Shown: positions 19,185 through 33,285, numbered from the stretch's first letter. The stretch is DNA of 64,000 nt from Candidatus Oxydemutatoraceae bacterium (GCA_965218975.1 OZ244717.1:1696001-1760000); one strand, 5' to 3'. Notes: generated from the sequence alone by a model not told the origin. Made by a program: numbers and translations.

Positions 19185-19311
19185 CGCTCACTGAAGAGAA
19201 TAGGATATTGTGCTTTGATTTGGACAGTCATTGCATCCGGGTGCTGCGTATTACAAGCATGTTGAGCAGGTATCCGCTCTCGCTGCTGTTACTTTGGCAC
19301 CGGCGATGCAG

Positions 19312-20826
19312 TCATGGTTCGGGCCGGGGCCAAAGACCTTTTTTACCCTCTGTCAAGACAACGATCAGTGCCGACCAGCATAACCCGAGCGGCACGAACA
19401 TGTACCGTCCGATGAAACTAGAGTGCTGCAACGAGTGTTGGGGAAATATGGCGATGCGAACGAAAAATATTGTTATCGCAATCAGTATCACAACAACGAA
19501 TAGCGTTGCGGTATTTTCCTTTCGGCCGTATATCCGCCAAGCAGTGATTATCAGGACGACCAGAAGCGCCGCACCCGAACCGATCAGCAAAAGATAAAAC
19601 AGATCTTGATTGCCCATCACAGCGATTTCTAAGAAACTACCCTTTCGGGGCCGGGCCTTGAGTAAACTAGGCAAAACCGTCGCCTGCGCAGATATCCAGT
19701 CAATCGGGTCAATCGTCGGGAGGGCAAACGCGGCTTTTCCTTCGGAGGTAGTTACAGGAAGCATACGGACCGAGAGCCGGCCGGTGATATTGTACAGTTG
19801 TTCCCGGAATCCTAAGAAAGCAGCTTTTGCCAACTGGTTCGCTGCGTAAGAAACGACAAACCCTGATATAAACGACAACATGCAATAAGAGGATTTGGAA
19901 AACCAGCGCAGGAAACCCGTTGTCGGACTGCTGGCAAAATACAGGATTACCACCGACAACGGCAACAGTAGCAGGAGATGCCCGTCCAGTAAAAACACAT
20001 AAGCAGAGAACATGCCTGTCGCAAAAAAGAACCACTTCAGGGCATGGTCGGAAACCTCGAACCTCAGCAGCACGACCAGCATTGTCAAAGAAACCACTGC
20101 GAAAAGATGAGGGATTGAATGGGAAAATCCGCCGTAATACGGAATGCCCGAAAAGAAAAATCCCATGACGACAAGCGGGATCAACGCCATAAACATGCGC
20201 CGAGAATAGGCCAGGCTGACCAGGGCCAGAATGAGATAGGCAAACAGTGTCATGGTCTTGATCCCGACATTCACCTGAAAGTAATCCAATTGATCCCAAT
20301 ACAGCGCATTACCTATCAAAGCCCTGGTCCCTTGCCAATATCGGGTTTTCAGATTCCGTAACCCAAAATCCGATCCCTTGACGGCGATTTGATATAACTG
20401 TTCACAATGCTTTCTTTCATCGCAGTGCTTTTCTTCATTGCAGTACCTCTTCTGGCCCGGCCTGACCGTTGTCGGCTTCTTCGGGACAATCGCATCCGCA
20501 AGCTTGTTTGAAGCAGGCGCAATGAGGCTGGTCATCGTCCGGCAGTCCGAATATTGATTCTGACCGATCAAGCTCCGAATTGATTGACTGCCGTACTTAC
20601 GGAACGGATAATCGCTGCGACCGAGATTCTTTACCGCGAAAGCGTCTTTGACGACTGCCAGAGCGCGCTCCTGCGGCAAAAGGTTCGCCGTATAGTGAAG
20701 AAAGAAGAATATCGCCGGCAAAGTTACGGCAATTCCGGTGTATATACCAAGTTGGCGCCAGTATTTCCGTACGGAACTGCACGCAACTGCATTGCCGGTG
20801 GTGTGCCTGGGAAGATTTTTTTCCAT
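19312..20826 (-). CDS. Polytopic membrane protein (504 aa), possibly GT-C-like
   Basis: N-terminal TM, large loop, then about 10 further hydrophobic segments; no diagnostic motif recognised. Confidence 0.6.
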   Translation of the reverse strand: MEKNLPRHTTGNAVACSSVRKYWRQLGIYTGIAVTLPAIFFFLHYTANLLPQERALAVVKDAFAVKNLGRSDYPFRKYGSQSIRSLIGQNQYSDCRTMTSLIAPASNKLADAIVPKKPTTVRPGQKRYCNEEKHCDERKHCEQLYQIAVKGSDFGLRNLKTRYWQGTRALIGNALYWDQLDYFQVNVGIKTMTLFAYLILALVSLAYSRRMFMALIPLVVMGFFFSGIPYYGGFSHSIPHLFAVVSLTMLVVLLRFEVSDHALKWFFFATGMFSAYVFLLDGHLLLLLPLSVVILYFASSPTTGFLRWFSKSSYCMLSFISGFVVSYAANQLAKAAFLGFREQLYNITGRLSVRMLPVTTSEGKAAFALPTIDPIDWISAQATVLPSLLKARPRKGSFLEIAVMGNQDLFYLLLIGSGAALLVVLIITAWRIYGRKENTATLFVVVILIAITIFFVRIAIFPQHSLQHSSFIGRYMFVPLGLCWSALIVVLTEGKKGLWPRPEP

Positions 20827-21256
20827 GGAGCCTTAGTTAAAAATCAGGTCGTCGGGTCTCAAGGCCTAACTGTGGTGTGCAGGCTTTGCCCCCGCTATTC
20901 TCCCGATTGAAAAGCCATCCTTATAAAGGATATTCCAACGATCCGATACATTCCAGACAAACAGAGCCGGACATCATTTAATCCCCGGCAGGAACACTCA
21001 TCATTATAGCATTGTAGGCAACTGTTCATGTACCGGTTAAATGCACCGATATCTTCAAGCAATTACGCCTCCCGGGCAGTGCAGTTAAAGCACTTGTTAT
21101 AAGCATTCGTCTTGGGACACTCGGATAGGCATGGCACCGGGGCGGATATTCTGTTGCCGGAAATATTGACAGAATGCGCCCTGAAACTCACTACCGGTTA
21201 TCATTTCGGGCCTTTAACATGGGTTGCAATTGCGACCACCGTTCCGAACAACCTTT

Positions 21257-22012
21257 CTATCTGCCCCTTATCCACAGTATACTACCGGTAGCAGAAAGGA
21301 ATAATAGCAATAAGGCAGCCATATCGGCAATGATAACCCCAGCATTGCCAAATAAGCGCCCGCTATGGAAGTCAGACAACAACCGCTCCCAGGTAATTAA
21401 GTGATTGCGAGCATGTATCAGCGTGGCTGCTTGTAATTGAGCGGGTATCTGTAAAGGTTCCCCGCTTCCCGACCAAACGATTTGCGCCCGGTCATAAGGC
21501 TGCCAATCCATTGAGTCTTCGTGCGTAGTCCAGTTATTATGCAAACCACCGATTATAATATTGCCTTCCGCATTTTTTCCTAGCCGAGTCACAATACCAG
21601 GCAACCCCGCTAAGACGGAAAATTCATCTATAACCTCTCCCTGTTTTGACAACAGCAAAAGTCTATTATCGCCCGCCACCCAGATATAAGATTTACTTTC
21701 AACTGCACCCTGTAAGCTATTTAATTCAACGTCTGCAACAGGTACGGCATCCAGATAAAGGAAACTGCCGGCTTGAGAAACCCAACGGCTCTTGGTCTTA
21801 TAGTCCGTCGTCGTATCAACCGTTACATCGTAGAACATCTCGGCGACCGATGCTGTAACGTAGTTTTTCTCTAAATTGAACCAGGAAACATGCTGTAGTA
21901 GTAATCCCGTTACTATGAACAGCAATAAAAAAATAAAGATACTGATGCCTATCTTGCGATGTAGGGCGCGTAACACGGATTTAAGTGATTGCTGTGTGCA
22001 ATAATAAAGCAA
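21257..22012 (-). CDS. PepSY-associated TM helix domain protein (start uncertain)
   Basis: LHRKIG...TGLLLQH and DFHSGRLFG...TG..LW motifs. Confidence 0.85.
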   Translation of the reverse strand: MLYYCTQQSLKSVLRALHRKIGISIFIFLLLFIVTGLLLQHVSWFNLEKNYVTASVAEMFYDVTVDTTTDYKTKSRWVSQAGSFLYLDAVPVADVELNSLQGAVESKSYIWVAGDNRLLLLSKQGEVIDEFSVLAGLPGIVTRLGKNAEGNIIIGGLHNNWTTHEDSMDWQPYDRAQIVWSGSGEPLQIPAQLQAATLIHARNHLITWERLLSDFHSGRLFGNAGVIIADMAALLLLFLSATGSILWIRGR

Positions 22013-22517
22013 GCCTTGCCAGTTTAGTTACTGCGCGCACGGACAAAGTAGCACCGGTGATATTATTGATATTGTGATTCAGGGTGAGCAACTGTGTTAA
22101 TCTGGCGCCGGTGAATTGATTGGAGAATGAATCATATCTCACCTCCCAACCGCGACTCTCGCGAAAAATCAACACTTTCACCACTTCAAGGCTACCTGAA
22201 TTGACGACAAATCCGCTGGTGATGGGACGTTCTTTGCCGATTTCTTCCAGAACCCAAACGCTGCGGGTGTCTTTTAGCCAATACCGAATCCTGAACTTGC
22301 TGTACCTGTGTCCCAATATATCTTTAATCTTTTGCTTCAGTATTGCATCCGGGTACAGCATAGAGGGTTTCGGGGGTGTGCCGTTAAAGTGGCGACTGAC
22401 AAAAGCATCCGGTGTTTCATAGACGTTATTTTCCGAAAACACCGGACCGGCGGTCCAGAATATGAGCGCCATTACGAAAAAAGCTATAAGTCTGCCGAAC
22501 ACATTAAGCGCCCTCAT
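21981..22517 (-). CDS. Exported FMN-binding domain protein
   Basis: Signal/TM; flavinylation motif INNITGATLSV; IGKERPIT and FRESRGWEV. Confidence 0.85.
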   Translation of the reverse strand: MRALNVFGRLIAFFVMALIFWTAGPVFSENNVYETPDAFVSRHFNGTPPKPSMLYPDAILKQKIKDILGHRYSKFRIRYWLKDTRSVWVLEEIGKERPITSGFVVNSGSLEVVKVLIFRESRGWEVRYDSFSNQFTGARLTQLLTLNHNINNITGATLSVRAVTKLARLALLLHTAIT

Positions 22518-22585
22518 AAAATAAATCGTCTGCAGCCAGAGCTGAGGCCAGCTGCATACAAACGATATAGACATCAATTCGTTGC

Positions 22586-23896
22586 TTAGAAGCTGTATCC
22601 AAAGCCCAGGTTGAAACCGTCAAAGTCTCTGGCTTTATCTCCATCTTCGTCGTGCTCACGATCAACATAATCCGCTTTAAGCACGACGTTCTCATTCATC
22701 CAATAATTAAAACCGGCCACCCACTGATCAAATCTATCCCGGGTGCGACCGCCTTCAACATCTTCGTAGCGAGTGAATATTCCAAAGTTGTCGGTAACTT
22801 TGAAAGACGGTTCAATATACCATCCGTCCTGATCATCACTGCCTGCATCCTCTATAGCCCGACCGGTTCCCAATGCATCATTTTCGGTGTCTATGTCCCA
22901 TTCGGCATAAAGCGCGCGTAGTCCGAATGGGCCGTTGCTGTATATGGCATGCAGCTCATATAAATAAGCATCGTCAAGACCATCATTGCTTTCCTGGGTG
23001 ATGTCTGACTGGTATTGTACCGAAGCGGCCAATTCAAGCCCCGGAGTCCCCGTGTATTTCAACCTTACTGTCGCGGCGAGGTCGTCGGCCTTGGCTTCGG
23101 CAGTTTTCTGCCTGCCGCTGCGGATACGAGCATCGGTCAATTGCAAAACTCCATCTGGTAGAACGAGAAAGCCTGCTGGTACTGCCAAGCCTTCATGCAA
23201 TGCAATATCAAAACTGAAGCCGTTATCGGCTATATGGGTATATCCGATGCCGGCAGCCCACCAAGTCGACGGAACGATGATATTCTCGATGTTATTGCGC
23301 TCGACACCGTAGAAAGTCGGTGGCTCATGAGTCTCGTTCAAGATACCGATCGGAAGTAAAAATAACCCGACGCGACCAAGATTATTGTCATCAAAACTAT
23401 ACTCTACAAAAGCCTGTTCCAACTCCACTTCGCCGGGTTTATCGTCACCATCACCTGCAAGCGAATGCTCCAGCTCAAACTCTGAGAAGAATTTCAGCCG
23501 ATCGGTAAATTCATACCCGAAAAACAGCACGAAACGATGAAAGTCTATTTGCTCTTTGTCATGTGCGCTAGCCTCGGCATCAAGATTGTTATAGTGCAAT
23601 TCGCCGTAACCGCCAATAGACATTCTGTCAAAAACAGATGGTTTGGATTCGTATGACTCAACTGCTTCGGCGGTAACCTCCACAGCTTGCGCGTTCTGAT
23701 CAACATCTGCACTAATTTCTTCCAGACGCCGTTGCATCATTTCAAGCTGCTGCTTGAGTTGCTCCACAGACTGTTTGAGCGCTAACACTTCATTGTGGTT
23801 AGCTGCAACAACCGGTTGCACGAACGTCATTAACATTGCTAAAGAAAAACCGGCAATCCAGGATGCGCTTAAATTTCTATAAATAAAATGGCCCAT
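22586..23896 (-). CDS. Outer-membrane porin (OprO/P-like) with N-terminal coiled coil
   Basis: Start at 23896 with GGAG; signal peptide; coiled coil; GGYGELHYN, DFHRFVL and HEPPTFYGVERN; terminal GYSF. Confidence 0.85.
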   Translation of the reverse strand: MGHFIYRNLSASWIAGFSLAMLMTFVQPVVAANHNEVLALKQSVEQLKQQLEMMQRRLEEISADVDQNAQAVEVTAEAVESYESKPSVFDRMSIGGYGELHYNNLDAEASAHDKEQIDFHRFVLFFGYEFTDRLKFFSEFELEHSLAGDGDDKPGEVELEQAFVEYSFDDNNLGRVGLFLLPIGILNETHEPPTFYGVERNNIENIIVPSTWWAAGIGYTHIADNGFSFDIALHEGLAVPAGFLVLPDGVLQLTDARIRSGRQKTAEAKADDLAATVRLKYTGTPGLELAASVQYQSDITQESNDGLDDAYLYELHAIYSNGPFGLRALYAEWDIDTENDALGTGRAIEDAGSDDQDGWYIEPSFKVTDNFGIFTRYEDVEGGRTRDRFDQWVAGFNYWMNENVVLKADYVDREHDEDGDKARDFDGFNLGFGYSF

Positions 23897-23907
23897 TAAC
23901 AAACTCC

Positions 23908-23950
23908 AATAATTAAGAATAATTATTATTAGCATTAACATTATCATCAA
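23908..23950 (-). promoter_or_regulatory. Putative Fur-box array
   Basis: GATGATAATGTTAATGCTAATAATAATTATTC hexamer array resembling GATAATGATAATCATTATC, just upstream of the porin RBS. Confidence 0.6.
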
Positions 23951-24020
23951 AATAATTTTTGTCAAAATTGGATATAATGCCCCTGCTGATGCCGGCGCTC
24001 CGTGGTACACTATCTCTGCG

Positions 24021-24099
24021 GCATGCAGGGCAGCCGGCAATGCCGGTAATGTCCCGAGGGGCATGCAGGGCAGCCGGCAATGCCGGTAATGTCCCGAGG
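24021..24099. repeat. 40-bp tandem duplication
   Basis: GCATGCAGGGCAGCCGGCAATGCCGGTAATGTCCCGAGG occurs at 24021 and 24061. Confidence 0.95.
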
Positions 24100-24118
24100 C
24101 AGAGTTGCCTTCTTAAAA

Positions 24119-25141
24119 ATGAAACAACGGATTATAAGAACTCAAACAAAATCTGCTGCGCGCTTTGTTGTTCATAAAGCGCTTGTTTTCGTAAAGAAAA
24201 CTTTAGCCCAGCTGCGAGCGATGATTATGACAAAGGCGCGACATTTGCCGCTGCACTGGCTGTTATATCTGGAGGCAAGGCTTTTCGGCAGGATTAAGCC
24301 GCGACCCTGGCATAGAAAATTAGGGGGGATACGTCAGAGAAATGAGTTTCAAGCCTATCTGCATGAGGATTCCAAAGTGATGTATCTTGTAATTCCGAAG
24401 TCGGCGTGCACGTCGCTAAGACGCAGCTTTCTGGAGAGCGAGGCAATGCGAGAACGACTTGATCGGAAAAAGAAAAATGCGCGCAGGCATAAGGACTTTT
24501 TCAGCAGCGGCGATATATTTCATTCCCTTTTGTGCGGTGAGAGCGACAAACTTGCCAAAATAAAAGCCTTATCCGATTTTAAGGGCGGCGGCACATTGTC
24601 TGTTTTCGGTTATGACGAAGCGGGAAGAACCGTTCGTAAGGCCGACATGGCAGAGTTCAACGCTTACTTCACTTTTACTTTTGTACGCAATCCTTTCGCC
24701 AGGCTTGTTTCTTGCTTTGCAGATAAATATCTCCCCTTCCATTCTGGTTCGGGCCGATATTCCTTCCAGTACCATATCTTTCCGTACATTGATAAAGTTT
24801 GTAACTTTGAGGATTTGGCGCATAAAGTGTCCCACCTGCCCGACGATTATTTGGACCGGCATTTGTTGCCGCAATTTCGCCATATAGAGAGATTCACCCG
24901 CTACGGAGGCAAGGTCAATTTTATCGGCAAGGTAAAGACCCTTGCCGAAGATTTCGCGCCGATCCAAAAAAAATACGGCCTGTTGCCGCTAGAGAAGATC
25001 AATTCTTCCGGGAAGAAAAACTGGCGAGACTATTACACGCCTGAGACGGCGAAACTGGTTTATAACACATACCGCAAAGACTTTGAATTGTTTGGCTACG
25101 AAGAAGAGTACCCGAAGCTGCTGGCTTATCTGGGGCGGTAA
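24119..25141 (+). CDS. Sulfotransferase family 2 (carbohydrate sulfotransferase-like); start uncertain
   Basis: PAPS-binding motifs IPKSACTS and FVRNPFARLVS; H..PQ; FIGK; Y..DFELFGY. Confidence 0.88.
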   Translation: MKQRIIRTQTKSAARFVVHKALVFVKKTLAQLRAMIMTKARHLPLHWLLYLEARLFGRIKPRPWHRKLGGIRQRNEFQAYLHEDSKVMYLVIPKSACTSLRRSFLESEAMRERLDRKKKNARRHKDFFSSGDIFHSLLCGESDKLAKIKALSDFKGGGTLSVFGYDEAGRTVRKADMAEFNAYFTFTFVRNPFARLVSCFADKYLPFHSGSGRYSFQYHIFPYIDKVCNFEDLAHKVSHLPDDYLDRHLLPQFRHIERFTRYGGKVNFIGKVKTLAEDFAPIQKKYGLLPLEKINSSGKKNWRDYYTPETAKLVYNTYRKDFELFGYEEEYPKLLAYLGR

Positions 25142-25182
25142 GATGTGCTTGTCTCCCTCATATAATAACCGCCTTCCAGGAG

Positions 25183-26090
25183 TGTGCGATGCCACCCTAA
25201 ATGGGATTCTTGAAGAGCTTCCGGAGAAGTATTCGACAGTAACATTCGGGCCGGTGCTTTCTGTCCGTTGCCGGGTGAGACGCGCCCGGGAAACCGATCG
25301 GTTTTCAGCGGCGAACGACCCGACAAGGACGTCGGGGCTGGGGTTCATTGGCAGAACCAAGTCTCGTCATGGACGCCAGGCACTGACGACGGGCACTTTG
25401 CCGCGTTGCGGCCAGATCCGCCTAGCGCTGGCGGTGCGGTGCTGTCGAGCGCGGCGCTAGCGCCGCTGCGTTATATCCGGCCTCCCTCAAGGTCTGCCGC
25501 CACCGATACAAGGTACGGCAACTGACCTTGAATGCATCGCAGGCAGCGGCCATGCCATGGTTTTCCTGGAAGGTAAAATTTCGAGTCGTTGTTTTGCATC
25601 GTAAGCCATAGTGTTTCAACTATGCCCGATTTTAGCAATCCGGTAAAACCCCCGGATTCGATAGCCTATGTGAATGAGAGAACACAATTTGTGTGGTTCT
25701 TAGGTGGCGATAGCGAAGAAGTGAAAAGCAGGTTTGCAAATTTGAAGAAGGAAAAAGTTATAAAGAATACAACCTTTGATTTTAAAGGGAAGAAGATTTT
25801 CATATCAGGGTTTATTGCTTCCGTTGAGCATCCGAAAGATCTAACTGTTCGTGGGACCGAGGGTGAGTTCAAGACGAGTGCCAATCTTTTTTGTAACGGT
25901 CGCTTGAGACAGGACAATATTCTACAGGAGATACCCAGTAGACGGATTGTTGAATCATATCTGTATGGTGAAATTCATGTAAATGATTTTGATGCGGAGG
26001 GGGATGTGGACAGATTTACGAGATCAAGAGCGGATTTGCATGGCTTCTCTTCCGGTTGGCAGGAGTGCCATATGTTTCTGAGCTTATACA
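25183..26090 (-). mobile_element. IS481-family remnant carrying a structured repeat and a captured foreign fragment
   Basis: Ends TGTGCGATGCCACCC and TGTATAAGCTCAGAAAC; HTH fragment FKVSCRTLYRWR; colinear with 55560-55782. Confidence 0.75.
25673..26030 (+). pseudogene. Internal fragment of a probable GHKL/MORC-type ATPase inserted in the IS
   Basis: AT-rich open frame ...ANLFCNGRLRQDNILQEI...YLYGEIHVNDFD...D.FTRSR; absent from the paralogous IS end at ~55710. Confidence 0.5.
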
Positions 26091-26108
26091 CAAGTCCCTG
26101 GAACATAA

Positions 26109-26227
26109 AGCCCGGCGATGTCCTACTTTCACATGGGGAAACCCCACACTATCATCGGCGATGTACCGTTTCACTTCCGAGTTCGGAATGGGATCGGGTG
26201 GTACCAATACTCTAATGCCGCCGGGCA
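26109..26227 (-). rRNA. rrf: 5S rRNA
   Basis: CCCATTCCGAACTCGGAAGTGAAAC...GATGATAGTGTGGGG...GAAAGTAGG on the minus strand, with paired ends. Confidence 0.97.
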
Positions 26228-26491
26228 AACTAGTTGTGTAACTATATACGTTATTTAAGTATCTTTAAGTAAAGCACCAATCTATAATATCAAGCACTCA
26301 TCCGACAATGGCCATGCCGACAAAAATCAAACCGGACAACCCAGCGGATGTCATTATCACTAATCATCCGCTCCATCGCCATACCTAAACAACATCAATG
26401 AGCATAGACAAGCAAATCAGCTTGTCTTGCTATAACAATCCATCGAAAAAACAATGCAATAATTTTTAAGTTCAAATTACTTGAGCGTTAT

Positions 26492-29378
<2,887 letters not shown>

Positions 29379-29630
29379 ATATAACCTCAAGCAATCTGAT
29401 TACTTAGTATTGGTTTTGAATAAAAATTACGCCTTATTGCTCTTTCGATACAATTGTTAATACCTAATTTTCAAATAACATCTGTACCGTAGAGATACAG
29501 AAAAAACTATATGGTTATAAAAATTCAAACTATTGCCATCTTACCACTTTACCGATTAATTTACTCGTCAACAACTTTCCTTACCGTATGTGTCCGTACA
29601 ATTCATTACCAAACTTAATTCATACAACTA

Positions 29631-29707
<77 letters not shown>

Positions 29708-29841
29708 TTGATTAGCATGAGCAAAACAAACCTCCTGATTACATATAACACCGTTATACTCCAATGACACTGTAACCCATGCTATTTCTATACAGCATAA
29801 TAACACAATCTGGTATTATGTAACAATTTCGTTATACTGTC

Positions 29842-30628
29842 TGTTCGATGCCACCCTAAATGGGATTTTTGAAGGGCTTCGGGAGAAGCGTTCGGCAGTA
29901 ACATTCGGGTCGGTGCTTTCTGTCTGTTGTCGGCATGAGGGCGGTGCAGAGTGAAACGCGCCGCTGAAAACCGACCGGTTTTCAGCGGCGAACGACCCGA
30001 CAAGGATGTCGGGGCTGGGGTTTATTCGCAGAACCAAGTCTCGTCATGGGTGAGCCGCGCCCGAAAAACTGAACAGTTTTCAGCGGCGAACGACCCGACA
30101 AGGATGTCGGGGCTGGGGCTTATTGACAGCACGAAGTCGCGTCATGGACGACAAGTACTTTGCTGACAAACTTGCACCAAGCACTGTGTTGATAATCTGC
30201 TACTAAACACAAAACGGTTTCATCAGCTCAAAGATTTTACTGCTGCCGAGATTCGCCAAAGCTGTCAAAATTCTGCCCGGCGTAGGCGTTTGATTTCACG
30301 CTGAATCGCCTGCGGCCAGACCCGCCGACGCCTCTTGCGCGGCGCTTTGCCGCGGTCATGCAAGGCGCTGAGTCCAGTGCGGCGATAACGCTGGCGCCAG
30401 CGGTACAAAGTGCTGCAACCGACCTTGAATGCGTTCGGGAGTTACAACCTCCCAAAATAACCGGGCATCGTGTTTCTGTTGAGCCGTTGTGTTCATGAAC
30501 CTCTATTTTTGAAGCAAAATATGGCTCATATAGAAACCTTTGATGCGGTGGCCGATGTGCTGATATTGCATATCGGCCACCTTTGCGAGTCGTACCGTGA
30601 GTCCCATATGTATCTGAGCTTATGTAGG
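29842..30628 (-). mobile_element. IS481-family remnant with two tandem structured repeats
   Basis: Right end encoding ...LHRPHAD...SHLGWHRT; left end encoding MQYQHIGHRIKGFY. Confidence 0.75.
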
Positions 30629-30815
30629 TAATGAGCACGGCGTTGCGGGGGCGCTATTGCGAGTGAACTTCTAGCTATGAGCGGGGAATGTGAAATGAAG
30701 GCAGTAGGCGCAACTTGAAGGGAATATGCATGTAGTTAGTGGTCTAGGATTAAACGGATAGCTATATCTGCATTTAATTCAGTTAACAAACATCGGCATA
30801 ACTTCTTGCTTTTCT

Positions 30816-31541
30816 CTAACGATTTTTTCGCATGAACGCAGTCAATGGAGTGCTTTGACGAAATGTTACCACCACACATTCATCCGATTGAAACTTTACA
30901 TGATCATTTGGCAATAAAGTCTTGATGCTATAGATCCCGCCGGGAACGGATGCAGCAACCACAAATTCATAGCGCTTGTTCCTATAGCTTTCGGCAATTT
31001 GCTCATTTTTCTTATCGGTAAACGGATTAAAAATAATTTTGCTTGCTCTTAATCGTTGTCCTTCATATAGAACATTTATTTCCTCGCTATACGCTTGGTT
31101 GATTAGGGTTTGTCGTATCAAATGGCGGAAATAATCGGGGGTCGCTGAATCGGCTTTGGCCATTTCTTCAATATCCCACTGTAAAAAAGCAGTTACAAGC
31201 GGGTTGGAGTAAGTGCTGGAGACTACCGAAGTGAATTGGTCTTCTTCGTCCGGTAAAAAACCAATTCGGACGTTTTTACTGCCGTCTTCGAGTATTTCGG
31301 TGATTTCCACTATCGCTTGGTGATTCGCTCTACGTGTTTCAGCACAATTACCCAATGTGCGATATTGCTGTAGGTTATATTCCAGCACTGTCGGTGCCGC
31401 GATATTTTGTAAATGACGCGCGGTAAGCAATAACAACTGCTCTTTACTATATCCTGCCAAGTAACCGTCGTATGTCGCACCGACGGGTAGAACAATTAGC
31501 AGCAATACCAAGACAAACAATATTGTGACGGATAATCGCAT
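30816..31541 (-). CDS. Exported hypothetical protein (241 aa)
   Basis: Signal-like N-terminus; long ORF isolated between IS remnants. Confidence 0.7.
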   Translation of the reverse strand: MRLSVTILFVLVLLLIVLPVGATYDGYLAGYSKEQLLLLTARHLQNIAAPTVLEYNLQQYRTLGNCAETRRANHQAIVEITEILEDGSKNVRIGFLPDEEDQFTSVVSSTYSNPLVTAFLQWDIEEMAKADSATPDYFRHLIRQTLINQAYSEEINVLYEGQRLRASKIIFNPFTDKKNEQIAESYRNKRYEFVVAASVPGGIYSIKTLLPNDHVKFQSDECVVVTFRQSTPLTAFMRKNR

Positions 31542-31617
31542 TAATCTCTCAGGTTTTATTTTCGGTTGTTTTTACTATAACATTTTATAGATTTTATATT
31601 GGCATCTAATATCGAGG

Positions 31618-33285
31618 TATGCACGTGCCCGGATACATACTGGATTCTTGGGTGCCAATAAAAAGGTGACCGATATGCAATATCAGCACATCGGCCACCG
31701 CATCAAAGGTTTCTATATGAGCCTGTTTAGCCTCAAAGGTAGAGGCGCATGAGCGCTCTAAGCTTCAACAAAAATACGATGCCCTCATTTTGGGAGGGAT
31801 GTAACTCCCGAACGCATTCAAGGTCGGCCGCAGCACTTTGTACCGCTGGCGCCGACGTTATCGCCGCACTGGGCTCAGCTGTATAGGTCCATAACATTTG
31901 ACACTCCGGGTGGTGAGTCAGGAGCGATTGTATCGGGGATTGCAACCCCAGTGAATGGTGTGTACGATGCCACCCTAAATGGGATTCTTGAAGGGCTTCG
32001 GGGGAAGCGCTCGGCGGTAACATTCGAATCGGTGCTTTCTGTCCGTTGCCAGCATGAGGGCGGTGCAGGGTGGGACGCGCCGCTGAAAACCGATCGGTTA
32101 TTCAGCGGCGAACGACCCGACAAGGACGCCGGGGCTGGCGCTCATTGACAGAACCAAGTCTCGTCATAGACGACAGGCACTTTGCTGAGCATTCACCAAC
32201 AAACACAAAACGGTTTCATAACCGATCATTGAATGCTTCCGTATCGGCGAATAGCAGGTCTTCCGCATGATTGATACAATCTTCTTGGACGGTGCGGTTG
32301 AAACACTCGATGTACACGTTCATTTTTGGACACTTGGGATAGGTCAGCCACTGCTCAATCGCGGGTGATTCCCGGATGAGGCGGGCAAACTGTCCTTGAA
32401 ACTCACTACCGCCGTCCGTCAGGGTGAGACGCACCCGGAAAACCGATCGGTTTTCAACGGCAAACGACCCGACAAGGACGTCGGGCTGGCGCTCATTGAC
32501 AGAACCAAGTCTCGTCATGGACGACAAGCACTTTGCCAGGTTGCGGCAGTACCGACACTATACACCCAGGGTCAGGCGCAGGAATGCGGCAGCATTACGG
32601 CTGTTACAGCGGTTGGTTGCCACTGCTGTTGCCATACGGGTATAGACATTGATGGCCGTTAAGACGTAGCGGTAACACTCCGTGCTGATAACGCACAATC
32701 GTATCCAGGGCGATGCAATGCCCCGGATACTGTGCTTTGAAGTGTTTCGACTTGCGTGCCTTGCAACGGCGCTTGAACAGTCGTTTTGTTTATCCTTTGA
32801 CATTCAGCCGCTGCGGAATACAGCGCATTTTATCCGGCGCATCCGCAATCAGGCGCGCAATCGTGCGGACACTCGGGCAGGGTGAGACGCGCCCGGAAAA
32901 CCGATCGGTTTTCAGCGGCGAACGGCCCGACAAGGATATCGGGGCTGAGGTTCATTCGCAGAACCAAGTTTCGTCACGGACGACAGACACTTTACTGACA
33001 ACGCGGCAACAAACACAAAACGGTTTCATCAGCTTAAAGACTTTACTGCTGCCGAGTGTATAGTGTCAGATACATATGGAATAATCGTCTGAGAGGCAAT
33101 CTGCAATTTGGCTTATCATAGAAACTTTTGCATGATTCGCTCTGGCGAGTCTAACCATCAGATGATCGATTACTTACAACACTACAATGGCGAACGCCCT
33201 CACCGGAGATTAAACGACATGCTCCCTCTATCAAGCCATTTCCCGGCGACTCTCCCATTTGTCCGGAATGTATTGGACACGTACA
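31618..33285. mobile_element. Cluster of nested IS481-family remnants (fragmented DDE transposase)
   Basis: Fragments RYVLTAI.VYTR, LTDGGSEF, N..IE.FNRTVQED, HHSLGLQSP...MLWTYT and YNGERPHR; three structured repeats. Confidence 0.82.

Noticed and set aside
23897-24064. N-terminal extension of the 492-aa porin ORF
   Set aside because: It is translated promoter, Fur-box and tandem-repeat DNA; the RBS supports the start at 23896.
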